From assembly GCA_963789395.1 (NCBI GenBank), contig CAWBKP010000022.1:1-64000 (forward strand): DNA of 64,000 bases, read 5' to 3'. Source of the DNA: an uncultured delta proteobacterium (GTDB lineage Bacteria; Desulfobacterota; Desulfobacteria; Desulfobacterales; Desulfatirhabdiaceae). The position numbers and the translations under genes are program-made. Position 1 is the stretch's first letter, and each line of letters starts with the position of its first letter. The notes beneath the pieces were generated by a model. It was not told the DNA's origin. It made no database searches and saw only the letters and a list, made by a program, of their open reading frames with translations. Shown here in pieces: positions 26,343 through 35,819 of this stretch.

Positions 26343-27049
26343 ATGAAAATAATTGTTTGATTACCCTGGAACATGTCCGCTGCACGTATCGCATCAAGCA
26401 GGGGCTGCTTCGTTTCAAGCCCTATCATGCCCTGCAGGATGTCAGCTTTGACGTCAGGAAGGGAGAAACCCTTGGAATTATCGGTCGCAATGGCGCCGGG
26501 AAAACCACCATTCTAAAGCTCATTGCTGAAATATTGCTGCCAGACGCCGGAAAGGTCATCAAACAATCCGGCCTGGTGGTGTCCCTTCTGAGCCTGCAGG
26601 TTGGTTTTGATCCCGAATTGTCCGGCAGGGAAAACATTCTTCTTGGCGGTCTGTACCTGGGGATTTCCAAGAAACAGATTCGAACCCGAATGGATGCAAT
26701 CATCGCGTTCAGCGAACTGGAACCCTTTATTGATAACCCGATTAAAACATATTCGACCGGAATGCGTTCCCGCCTGGGATTTTCCATCGGTATGGAGCTG
26801 ACTCCGGATGTGCTCCTCATCGACGAGGTGCTGGGGGTGGGCGATTGGCGGTTTCAAAAAAAAGCATCTGAATCGCTCCATCATAAAATCGGGAATGGCA
26901 GAACAGTTGTTCTGGTATCCCATGATCTGAATCAGATAGAAAAAATTTGCGATCGGGTGGCCTGGGTCGAGAACGGCATAACGCAGGCAGTGGGAGATAC
27001 TTCAGAGGTTATCGCATCCTACAAAAATCGTCTCCAGGGCTCGGCATGA
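26339..27049 (+). CDS. wzt: Polysaccharide ABC exporter ATPase, without a C-terminal carbohydrate-binding module
   Basis: GRNGAGKT, ELSGRENI, YSTGM, LLIDEVLGVGD and VSH; about 236 aa; ATG overlaps the wzm stop. Confidence 0.92.
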   Translation: MNENNCLITLEHVRCTYRIKQGLLRFKPYHALQDVSFDVRKGETLGIIGRNGAGKTTILKLIAEILLPDAGKVIKQSGLVVSLLSLQVGFDPELSGRENILLGGLYLGISKKQIRTRMDAIIAFSELEPFIDNPIKTYSTGMRSRLGFSIGMELTPDVLLIDEVLGVGDWRFQKKASESLHHKIGNGRTVVLVSHDLNQIEKICDRVAWVENGITQAVGDTSEVIASYKNRLQGSA

Positions 27050-27241
27050 TTTCCTGACTCTGGCAGCTGACTGCTTAATTGACGACGTATAGAAAGGTTC
27101 TTTAGCAGTTCATTGTCTGAGATTGAAAAACAGGCTTTCATAGGAGATGTGAATAAAAGCTTTTCCCGAATGGAGATCCGCCGTCTATGGGAGCAAATTC
27201 CATACCCGAGTAAATTTACCTATTGGAGAAAGAACTGGTTT

Positions 27242-28196
27242 ATGAAGACAGCGCTGATCATCGGCGTCTCAGGGCAGGATGGGGCATATCTGTCTAGAGC
27301 TTTTGATTGAGAAAGGATACCGTATTGTCGGAACCAGCAGGGACGCGCAGGTATCTCCTTTTGCCAATCTCACCCGTCTGGGTATCCGATCTTTTGTGGT
27401 GACTGAGTCCATGGCCTTAAACGATTTTCGCAGTGTGATTTCTATTTTGAAAAAAGTAAAGCCTGACGAAATTTACAATCTTGCCGGCCAGAGCTCAGTG
27501 GGATTATCTTTTGACCAGCCGGTTGAAACATTCGAGAGTGTCAGTATCGGAACGCTCAATCTTTTGGAGGGACTTCGTTTTCTGGAGCTTCCTTCTCGTC
27601 TGTACAATGCCGGTTCAAGCGAATGTTTTGGCAACACAAACGGCCAGCCAGCGGATGAAACCACCCCGTTTCGACCCAGAAGTCCCTATGCAGCGGCCAA
27701 ATCCGCCGCATTTTGGGCTGTAGCCAACTACCGTGAGGCATATGGTTTGTTTGCTTGCTCAGGAATTCTCTTTAATCATGAATCCCCTCTGAGGCCCGAG
27801 CGTTTTGTAACAAAAAAAATCGTCAAAACCGCCTGCCGTATCGCCAGGGGTGAGGGACAAAAACTCAGTCTCGGAAATATTGATATTCAACGGGATTGGG
27901 GCTGGGCACCAGAGTATGTGGATGCCATGTGGCGCATGCTTCAGCAATCAAAGCCGGATGACTACGTCATTGCTTCTGGCAGGACAACAAAATTGGAAGA
28001 CTTTGTTCATGCGGTTTTCTCTGAACTTGGTTTGAACTGGCATGAACATGTCGAGTGCAATCCGGAACTTTTGAGGCCAACAGATATCATGGTTAGCCGT
28101 GCTAATCCTGATAAATCGTTGAAAAATCTGGGATGGAAAGCCTCGTTTGTAATGGAGGATGTTGTAAAAATGATGGTGGAAGCGGAAATGGAGTAA
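27242..28196 (+). CDS. gmd: GDP-mannose 4,6-dehydratase, one frameshift near 27296
   Basis: MKTALIIGVSGQDGAYL, then YNLAGQSSV.LSF, SPYAAAK, GILFNHESP.R, FVTKKI and RDWG. Confidence 0.9.
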
Positions 28197-28225
28197 CTTG
28201 TCAAATCATCTCGAAAAGTGCTTTA

Positions 28226-29677
28226 ATGAAATCCTTATCTCCAATATTCATACATTCTCTCTTCCGATCAGGCTCTACATATCTTTTCAATGTGTTCAGG
28301 CGGTCTCCAGCCGGTTATTGGTGCTATCAAGAGCCAGTACATGAAATAGCATTGATTGCAAAAGACAAGCCTGATGAGTTACTGACATATGATGGAGAGA
28401 AAATGGCAGGACTGCGTCATCCCAGATTGGACACGTCCTATTTTTTTGAGCTTTATCAGGTCCATGCATCATGGAAGAATATCATAGCTAAGGAGATTAT
28501 TTACGACACATATTTTGACCAATCGGGTGATGAACGTCTCAAAAATTATCTTGAAGCTCTAATTATATCAGCAAAAGACCGCCCGGTCATTCAGGAATGC
28601 AGGACATCAAGCCGTATCGCTACCATAAAAGAGATGCTTGGAGGACATCACATTTACCTGTGGCGTAACCCTTGGGATCAATGGTGGTCTTATAAAGTTG
28701 ACCAGTATTTTGATCTCAAAAATTTCCTGATTCTCAATGCCAGTCCCTGCCCTGAACTGATCCTGCGTCTTCGAAAGGAAGTAGGTTTTGAAGAATTTCA
28801 CAGTCAGGATATCTTTGCCGAGTTCTCTTTTTTTGACAAACGACGCCTATCTTCCGAAAACAACTACTTGTTGTTTTATGCTCTGTGGTTCCTCGGGTTA
28901 TTTGAAGGAATCAGCAATGCGGACTTGTTAATAAACATTGATGCCTTAAGCGATCTGTCTGAGTACAGGCAGGAGATTCTAGAAGAACTTTACCGATTTG
29001 ACATCATCGGCCTTGATTTTGATGATTGCCATGTGGCCCAGACTTATTATAGCGATATGGAGATGGGTTTTTTTTCTAAAATCGAAGACAGGGTGCATGG
29101 GCTGCTTCGTTTATACGGATATTCTCAGCAAGATATCGATACCATTCTTGAGTTGAGAAAACGACATGAACCTTCAATCTGGCAACTATCTACTGGCCGG
29201 CTACCGCCCGATCTGATTTTGGAAAATGCCACAAGGGCAAGAGATTTGGTCTTAAAAATCGAGACTCGGGAATTAAATCTCTCGATTCATTATCGGGGCC
29301 AACTTCAACACGCACTCAATGATGTGACAAGTTTGCGTAACAGCGTATCCTGGCGCATCACCAAACCACTACGCTGGATAGTTTCAGTACTTCCCGACCT
29401 AAGCCCCGACGTCTTAAAAACTCGGGCAAAGACCTTACTTTACCAAGTTGCCCGATATGTCATGGTACGGCCAAGATTCAGGGATGCTGCTGTGTCGCTC
29501 CTTGACCTCGTCCCGGCTGTAAAATCGCGCCTGGATCGCATCCTCTTGAACGGAGCCGCACTGCATTTCACCACCGCTCAAGTACCTGTCGAACTGGCCT
29601 CCCTCTCTCCTCATGCCCGACAGATATACGCCGTTCTGAAGGCTGCTATCGGACGTCGGCAGAAGGAGACTGGCTGA
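28226..29677 (+). CDS. Sulfotransferase-like P-loop protein with a helical SWRITKPLR tail; putative glycan chain-capping enzyme
   Basis: IFIHSLFRSGSTYLF (5'-PSB-like), YQEP, LWRNPWDQWWS (3'-PB-like RnP...S); C-terminal LRNSVSWRITKPLR and LSPHARQIYAVLK; coupled to the next gene by TGATG. Confidence 0.6.
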   Translation: MKSLSPIFIHSLFRSGSTYLFNVFRRSPAGYWCYQEPVHEIALIAKDKPDELLTYDGEKMAGLRHPRLDTSYFFELYQVHASWKNIIAKEIIYDTYFDQSGDERLKNYLEALIISAKDRPVIQECRTSSRIATIKEMLGGHHIYLWRNPWDQWWSYKVDQYFDLKNFLILNASPCPELILRLRKEVGFEEFHSQDIFAEFSFFDKRRLSSENNYLLFYALWFLGLFEGISNADLLINIDALSDLSEYRQEILEELYRFDIIGLDFDDCHVAQTYYSDMEMGFFSKIEDRVHGLLRLYGYSQQDIDTILELRKRHEPSIWQLSTGRLPPDLILENATRARDLVLKIETRELNLSIHYRGQLQHALNDVTSLRNSVSWRITKPLRWIVSVLPDLSPDVLKTRAKTLLYQVARYVMVRPRFRDAAVSLLDLVPAVKSRLDRILLNGAALHFTTAQVPVELASLSPHARQIYAVLKAAIGRRQKETG

Positions 29678-32600
29678 TGCGTATCGTCATCGATATGCAG
29701 GGAGCGCAATCATCGGGAAGCCGGAATCGAGGGATTGGCCGCTATACCCTGGCGTTGAGCAAAGAGATGGCACGCCTGAGGGGCGAACATAAAGTCGTGC
29801 TCGTATTGAACGGCCTGTTTCCGGACACCATTGAGCCGATTCGCGCGGCGTTTGCCGATCTCCTTTCGGAAGATAATATTCATGTCTGGGAAGCGCCGGG
29901 GCCGGTCAATGCTGCCGAAGCCGCCCACGATGCCCGCCGCCGTGCAGCGGAGCAAATCCGCGAAGCATTTATCGCCTGCTTGAAACCCGATATTGTCTTG
30001 CTTACCTCACTGTTTGAGGGGTCCGGTGACGATGCGGTAACGAGTATCGGGGGGGGTGCATGTCAATTGCCGACCGCAGTGATTCTTTATGATCTGATCC
30101 CCTTGATTCACCGCGGAATTTATCTGCAAAATCCGCCAATCGAGCGCTGGTATCTGAACAAGCTCGAATACTTGCGCCGTGCCGACATGCTGCTTTCAAT
30201 CTCGGCGTCAACCCGGCAGGAAGCGATCGTCCACCTGGATTTTCCCCCTGAGCGGGTGGTGAATATATCCACTGCCAGTGACGGCCATTTCAGGCCGATA
30301 GCCCTCGATGAATCCCGGCTTACCCATTTACGAACTGCTTATGGGCTGGTTCGCCCCTTTGTCATGTATACGGGCGGAATCGACCACCGCAAGAATATCG
30401 ATGGGCTCATTCGCGGCTATGCCAAGCTGCCCCGCACCATTCGGGCTACCTGCCAGCTGGCTGTGGTCTGTTCGATCCAGCCGTCCGACCGAAAGCGGTT
30501 GCTGCAATTGTCCAAAAAGGCGGGACTGGCAGATGGTGAGCTGGTGTTCACTGGTTTCGTCACTGATGAAGATCTGCTGGTGCTCTACAATGCCTGCAAG
30601 CTTTTCGTCTTACCTTCATGGCACGAGGGGTTTGGTCTGCCGGTGCTTGAGGCAATGGCATGCGGCCGCGCCGTCATTGGTTCCAATACATCTAGTGTGC
30701 CGGAGGTGATCGGACGCGACGATGCGCTGTTTGATCCCTTCGACGATGATGCGATCGCGCGGAAAATCGAAGATGTGCTCACCGATGACGCATTTCGTGC
30801 GGGACTAGAGCAGTATGGGATCGAACAGGCAAAGAAATTTTCCTGGGAACGAACTGCTCACAAGGCATTGAAAGAGCTGGATTCTGTTGTTACGAAGCGG
30901 CGGCAAAGGCCGGCGGCATCAGCTTCGTCCAGGGCGGCGAGGCGTCACCACCTTGCCTATGTCTCGCCACTGCCTCCGGAACAAAGCGGTATCGCCGACT
31001 ATAGCGCTGAGCTCCTCCCGGAACTCTCAAAACACTACCATATCGAGGTCATCGTTGCTCAAAAAGAGGTATCGGAGTCCTGCTGGGCGCGTTCCAACTG
31101 TCCGATACGTTCTGTCGAGTGGTTCCGTGCCAATGCGCGCCGATTTAATCGAGTGCTCTACCACTTCGGCAATTCGCCAATTCACAGTCACATGTTCGAC
31201 CTGCTTGGCGAGATTCCCGGGGTGGTGGTGATGCACGACTTCTTTCTTTCGGGCATCGTCGCTCACATGGACATTATGGGTATCAAGCCGAATAGCTGGG
31301 CGAAAATTTTGCACGGTGCTCACGGGTGGCTTGCCCTGCAGTCACGATTCCAGGCAAAGGATGCCTCTGAAGTTATTTATGCTTATCCCTGCAATCTGAC
31401 TGTCGTGCAACAATCGCTCGGGGTCATTGTACACTCGAGCCATTCTCTTTGCATCGCAAGGCAATTTATCGGCGCTGAAGCCGTGAAAGATTGGGCGCAG
31501 ATTCCACTCCTGCGAGTTCCTGAATTAAAAACCAAAAGCAATAGCGCAAGACTTTCGCAGGCGCTGGCGGGCGATGATTTCGTCGTTTGCTGTTTTGGCC
31601 TTTTAGGGCCGACCAAGCTCAATCATCGTCTGATAGATGCGTGGATGGCCTCCCCACTCGCCGATGACCCGCGTTGCCATCTCATTTTCGTCGGTCAGAA
31701 TCACGATGGTGAGTATGGAAAGCAGCTGGTGCGCAAAATTCGAAGAAGCACTGTAGCCGGTCGCATTGAAGTCACAGGCTGGACGGACGCCGAAAACTAT
31801 CGTAGATGGCTCACTGCCGCCGATATTGGCGTGCAATTGCGCACGCAGTCTCGGGGTGAGACGTCGGCTGCGGTGCTCGACTGTATGAATCATGGCCTTG
31901 CAACCGTTGTCAATGCCCACGGCTCGATGGCGGATTTGCCTGCAGACGCGGTATGGATGTTGCCCGACGAATTTTCCAATGAAGAGCTGATTGAGGCTTT
32001 GTTGACGCTCTGGCAGAATAAAGCGCGGCGCCTTGCACTCGGTCAATATGCGCGTGAAGTGATCCTAACGAACCATCAGCCGAGTCGATGCGCAGATAAG
32101 TATAAAGAGGCCATTGAGAACTTTTATCAAAATGCGGCACAGGGGATGCCGGCGCTCGTGGATGCTATTGCCACTTCAGATCCGTTATTGCAACCGGGAG
32201 ACTGGGCGCGTATGGCCACGGCATTGGCCAACAACTTTCCGCCGCGTCCTCGCCGCAGGCAATTGCTGCTGGATATCTCCGATCTCGTTCAGCTTGACGA
32301 AAAAAACGGCATACAGCGTGTCGTGCGGGCGCTCTTGAAGGAATTCCTCCTCGAACCGCCTGAGGGATGGGCGGTGGAACCGGTGTACGGAACATCCGAT
32401 ACGTCTGGGTATTGCTATGCTCGGCGATTTGCCAGCCGTTTCCTGGGGGTGTATGATGGCTGGACTGAAGACGAGCCGGTTGAAGCTTGGCCAGGCGATA
32501 TTTTTCTCGGACTGGGCTCGCAAAACATGGAGGTTTCTGCAAAGAGCGAGTATTTGCTCAGCTGGCACCGGCGGGGCATCAAGGTTTTTTTTATCGTTTA

Positions 32601-33450
32601 CGACCTGCTTCCCATTCTTATTCCCAACGCTTTCCCAGAGATTGCAAACGGGATTCGCCAACGTTGGCTGGCGGCCATCAGCCAGTTTGATGGTGCGCTA
32701 TGTGTTTCCCGGGCGGTGGCGGATGAACTTCAAAACTGGCTGCAAAACTTCGGGCCAGAGCGGGCGCGTCCGTTTTCTCTGCGCTGGTTCCATCCAGGCG
32801 CGGATTTGGGGAACCCCGTCTTGTCACGAGGACGTCATGAGGATGCAGATCGATTGTTCGAAGCAATGAACTTCCGGCCCTCTTTCCTGATGGTGGACTC
32901 GATTGAGTCACATAAGGGACACGCCCAAACCATAGCCGCATTTGAACTGCTCTGGAAACAAGGGATGAATCCCATTTTGGTACTTGTCGGCAATGAGGGC
33001 TTGATGGTGGAAAGTATGGTAAAATACCTCCGAACCCACCCTGAACGCAACAAGAACCTGTTCTGGACTGAAGGCATCAGCGACGAATATCTGGAAGAAA
33101 TCTATGTCGCTTCGACTTGCCTGATTGCTGCTTCTGAAGGTGAGGGTTTCGGTCTGCCCCTCATCGAAGCCGCCTTACACAAACTCCCCATAATTGCCCG
33201 CGATATTCCCGTATTCAGAGAGGTGGCAGGGGAGTATGCGTATTACTTTGACGGCAAGGCGCCCGAAGATCTTGCGCAGTCGATTGCTAAATGGCTGCAA
33301 TTGCATGAAGCCGGCCATAACCCCACAACAGAAAATATGCCAAGGCTGACGTGTAAAGAAAGTGCTGCACACCTCATGCAAATCTTGCTTGAAGGCCGGA
33401 AGCAAGCCCGCGTTTGCCCCGAATTCATTCCTGTAAAGGAAAGTGAATGA
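29677..33450 (+). CDS. Three-domain GT4 glycosyltransferase, WbdA-like mannan/rhamnan polymerase
   Basis: MRIVIDMQGAQ..SRNRGIGRY; three GT-B modules with HEGFGLPVLE, GETSAAVLD and GEGFGLPLIE; SPLPPEQSGIADYS and GIQRVVR. Confidence 0.85.
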   Translation: MRIVIDMQGAQSSGSRNRGIGRYTLALSKEMARLRGEHKVVLVLNGLFPDTIEPIRAAFADLLSEDNIHVWEAPGPVNAAEAAHDARRRAAEQIREAFIACLKPDIVLLTSLFEGSGDDAVTSIGGGACQLPTAVILYDLIPLIHRGIYLQNPPIERWYLNKLEYLRRADMLLSISASTRQEAIVHLDFPPERVVNISTASDGHFRPIALDESRLTHLRTAYGLVRPFVMYTGGIDHRKNIDGLIRGYAKLPRTIRATCQLAVVCSIQPSDRKRLLQLSKKAGLADGELVFTGFVTDEDLLVLYNACKLFVLPSWHEGFGLPVLEAMACGRAVIGSNTSSVPEVIGRDDALFDPFDDDAIARKIEDVLTDDAFRAGLEQYGIEQAKKFSWERTAHKALKELDSVVTKRRQRPAASASSRAARRHHLAYVSPLPPEQSGIADYSAELLPELSKHYHIEVIVAQKEVSESCWARSNCPIRSVEWFRANARRFNRVLYHFGNSPIHSHMFDLLGEIPGVVVMHDFFLSGIVAHMDIMGIKPNSWAKILHGAHGWLALQSRFQAKDASEVIYAYPCNLTVVQQSLGVIVHSSHSLCIARQFIGAEAVKDWAQIPLLRVPELKTKSNSARLSQALAGDDFVVCCFGLLGPTKLNHRLIDAWMASPLADDPRCHLIFVGQNHDGEYGKQLVRKIRRSTVAGRIEVTGWTDAENYRRWLTAADIGVQLRTQSRGETSAAVLDCMNHGLATVVNAHGSMADLPADAVWMLPDEFSNEELIEALLTLWQNKARRLALGQYAREVILTNHQPSRCADKYKEAIENFYQNAAQGMPALVDAIATSDPLLQPGDWARMATALANNFPPRPRRRQLLLDISDLVQLDEKNGIQRVVRALLKEFLLEPPEGWAVEPVYGTSDTSGYCYARRFASRFLGVYDGWTEDEPVEAWPGDIFLGLGSQNMEVSAKSEYLLSWHRRGIKVFFIVYDLLPILIPNAFPEIANGIRQRWLAAISQFDGALCVSRAVADELQNWLQNFGPERARPFSLRWFHPGADLGNPVLSRGRHEDADRLFEAMNFRPSFLMVDSIESHKGHAQTIAAFELLWKQGMNPILVLVGNEGLMVESMVKYLRTHPERNKNLFWTEGISDEYLEEIYVASTCLIAASEGEGFGLPLIEAALHKLPIIARDIPVFREVAGEYAYYFDGKAPEDLAQSIAKWLQLHEAGHNPTTENMPRLTCKESAAHLMQILLEGRKQARVCPEFIPVKESE

Positions 33451-34142
33451 AGCTTTCAGTCGTGATTCCGTGTTACAATGAATTGAACACAATAGAAGCA
33501 GTTATCAAGGCGGTTAAAAATTCTCCCTACGAGAACAAAGAAATCATCATTGTCGATGATTGTTCAAACGACGGCACTCGAGAAAAATTGATTCACCAAA
33601 TCGGTCCCAAAGGAATTGTCGATCAGATTATTTACCACAAAAAAAATCAAGGGAAAGGCGCTGCACTTCGAACCGGGATAATGGTATCCACTGGGGACGT
33701 CCTCATTATTCAGGATGCGGATCTTGAATATGATCCCAATGAATATCCAAAATTACTGGAGCCCATTCTGAACAATAAGGCGGATGTCGTATTCGGCTCG
33801 CGGTTTGTCGGCGGAGAACCGCATCGTGTTCTTTATTTCTGGCATAGAGTCGGTAACGGTTTATTGACGACACTCTCCAATATGCTAACCAATCTTGATC
33901 TTACCGATATGGAAACCTGCTACAAGGTATTTCGCCGGAAAATCATTCAGGGCATTACAATTGAAGAAGACAGGTTCGGCTTTGAACCTGAAATCACCGC
34001 AAAAATATCCAGGCTGCATTGCCGGATTTACGAGGTAGGCATATCCTATCATGGACGAACTTATGCGGAAGGTAAAAAAATTATCTGGAAAGATGGTTTC
34101 AGGGCCCTCTACTGTATTTTAAAGTACAACCTTTTCCGTTAA
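33447..34142 (+). CDS. GT2 polyprenol-phosphate glycosyltransferase (Dpm1/GtrB-like)
   Basis: VIPCYNE, VDDCSNDGT, NQGKGAA, QDADLEY, GSRF, DMETCYK and FGFEPE. Confidence 0.9.
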   Translation: MKLSVVIPCYNELNTIEAVIKAVKNSPYENKEIIIVDDCSNDGTREKLIHQIGPKGIVDQIIYHKKNQGKGAALRTGIMVSTGDVLIIQDADLEYDPNEYPKLLEPILNNKADVVFGSRFVGGEPHRVLYFWHRVGNGLLTTLSNMLTNLDLTDMETCYKVFRRKIIQGITIEEDRFGFEPEITAKISRLHCRIYEVGISYHGRTYAEGKKIIWKDGFRALYCILKYNLFR

Positions 34143-34284
34143 GCGGCACCTGCTGCCGGTCAGTGCTTCATTCTCATCTTAAAAATAAATTGGCATTCTC
34201 AGCAATCATGCCTTAACGACTGTCGGGTAAGGATCCTGCGAATCGAGTGTGAGTTGAAAATACGTTTTTCCAGAGAGAACATCC

Positions 34285-35794
34285 ATGACGACCTTTCTTT
34301 CGACTCATAGATTCCCTGTAATGAATTTAAACAAGTGGTTATCGGGTTTTGTTGTCGACTCGGTGCTTCTTGCATTATTGGCGCTCCTGACCGTGAACCG
34401 CTTTTCTCCTGAGTTTCTGAATGCGGATGTGATTTTAAACTCGGTGATGTCGCTTCAGAATGTTACGCTGTTTTATTGGGGTCAAAATCGCCTGGCAAAT
34501 CTACTGCCATTGGCGGTTTCCCCGATCAGCAATCCAGTGCTTAACCTCTATGCTTGTCTTTTTATTGTGACGGTTGTTTTTTATTGCTTGATATGGTTTT
34601 GGGCGGATCGTTTGTCGAAGATGAATTGTCCGGATAGTGAATATAGTCTGGAGAGGAGAGAGGTTTTTCTTGTTCTAATAAGTATCTTTTTTTTCGTTGC
34701 AAGACCGAAGACAGTCTTCGAAATTGTGACTTGGCATGTCGAATATACCCTGTCTTACCTCTTGTTGGGGGTCGCGTTCTTCTATTGTTTCGGCCGCCAA
34801 AAATCATTTTTGATGCTGATTGCAGTGACAGGAGCATGCTCTGGCTGTTGCTGTTGGAATTAACTATAGCATCATAATCCCGGCGCTGGCCCTTGTGTCG
34901 GGACGTGCATTCTTAAAGAAAAAACTGGATATTGATTCACTTGTCTTCAGCGGTTTGGTGGTGGTTTTTTCCCTTTCATGGGGATTGGCCGCACGTTTTT
35001 ATCCAGCCCCCGGCATACCTTATGCGAGTATAGCGTTTTCGCAACTGAATCATTCTGTCCAGATTGTCGCAAAGAATCTGATAGATGCAGTGTATTTGAG
35101 CAATGTAGTAATGGTAATACTGGCCGCTTGTCTATTGAAAATTGTTACTTTTAGCTCAGCACAAAAGGCTGCTTCGTCAGGTAGCACCCGTAATGGCCTG
35201 ATTGTGATGATGATACTCGTTTTTTCAGGAGCGTGGACACTCCTTTTTTCGATCAACTCCTGGGTGGCTGCCAATTCCTTTCATTTTAGGTACTTTGTAC
35301 CGTTGATTTTTGTCGGAATGATGCTCCTTTCTTTTGAAGTCAGAAATATCGCAGTTTTTCTCAGCAGGCGGCAACGCTATGCCTTATCGGTTTTGCTGGC
35401 TTCTTGGTTGATCGTTCATCTGACACAGCCGTTTGTGTTTTTGCGTGATTACTCGGTGTTCAATCGCATTGATGCTGTTTTAACGGACAATATTGTTGGA
35501 TACGCAGGGGATTATTGGTCAGTTTGGCCTGCGGTAATGAAAAAACTATTCGAACGGAAGGAGAGTTTCGGGTTTACCTTTCGGGCCGTTGGCAACCAGG
35601 AGAATCTGAAGCGTCATTTTAAGGAGGCTGGGCCAGGGAGTGGTTGTCAGACGATTGGATGTCTAAAGGCACCGATCGATCAGTGCCTTTCACAGATTAG
35701 GGGTTTCCTGGGTAATGTGGGGTTGGACCATGCTGAGTTGGTTGGGGACAACTTCTGGTTGTTGCACATCTATTTCATGAACGAACCTTTGTAG
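34285..35794 (+). CDS. Polytopic membrane protein, GT-C-like; one frameshift near 34840 joins two track ORFs
   Basis: NADVILNSVMSLQN...FYWGQNRL early loop and many TM helices; the shifted frame reads LAVAVGINYSIIIPALAL into the 34895 ORF (HFRYFVP, AGDYW). Confidence 0.6.
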
Positions 35795-35819
35795 AGGCTG
35801 ATTTTAATTTAAATAAGGC

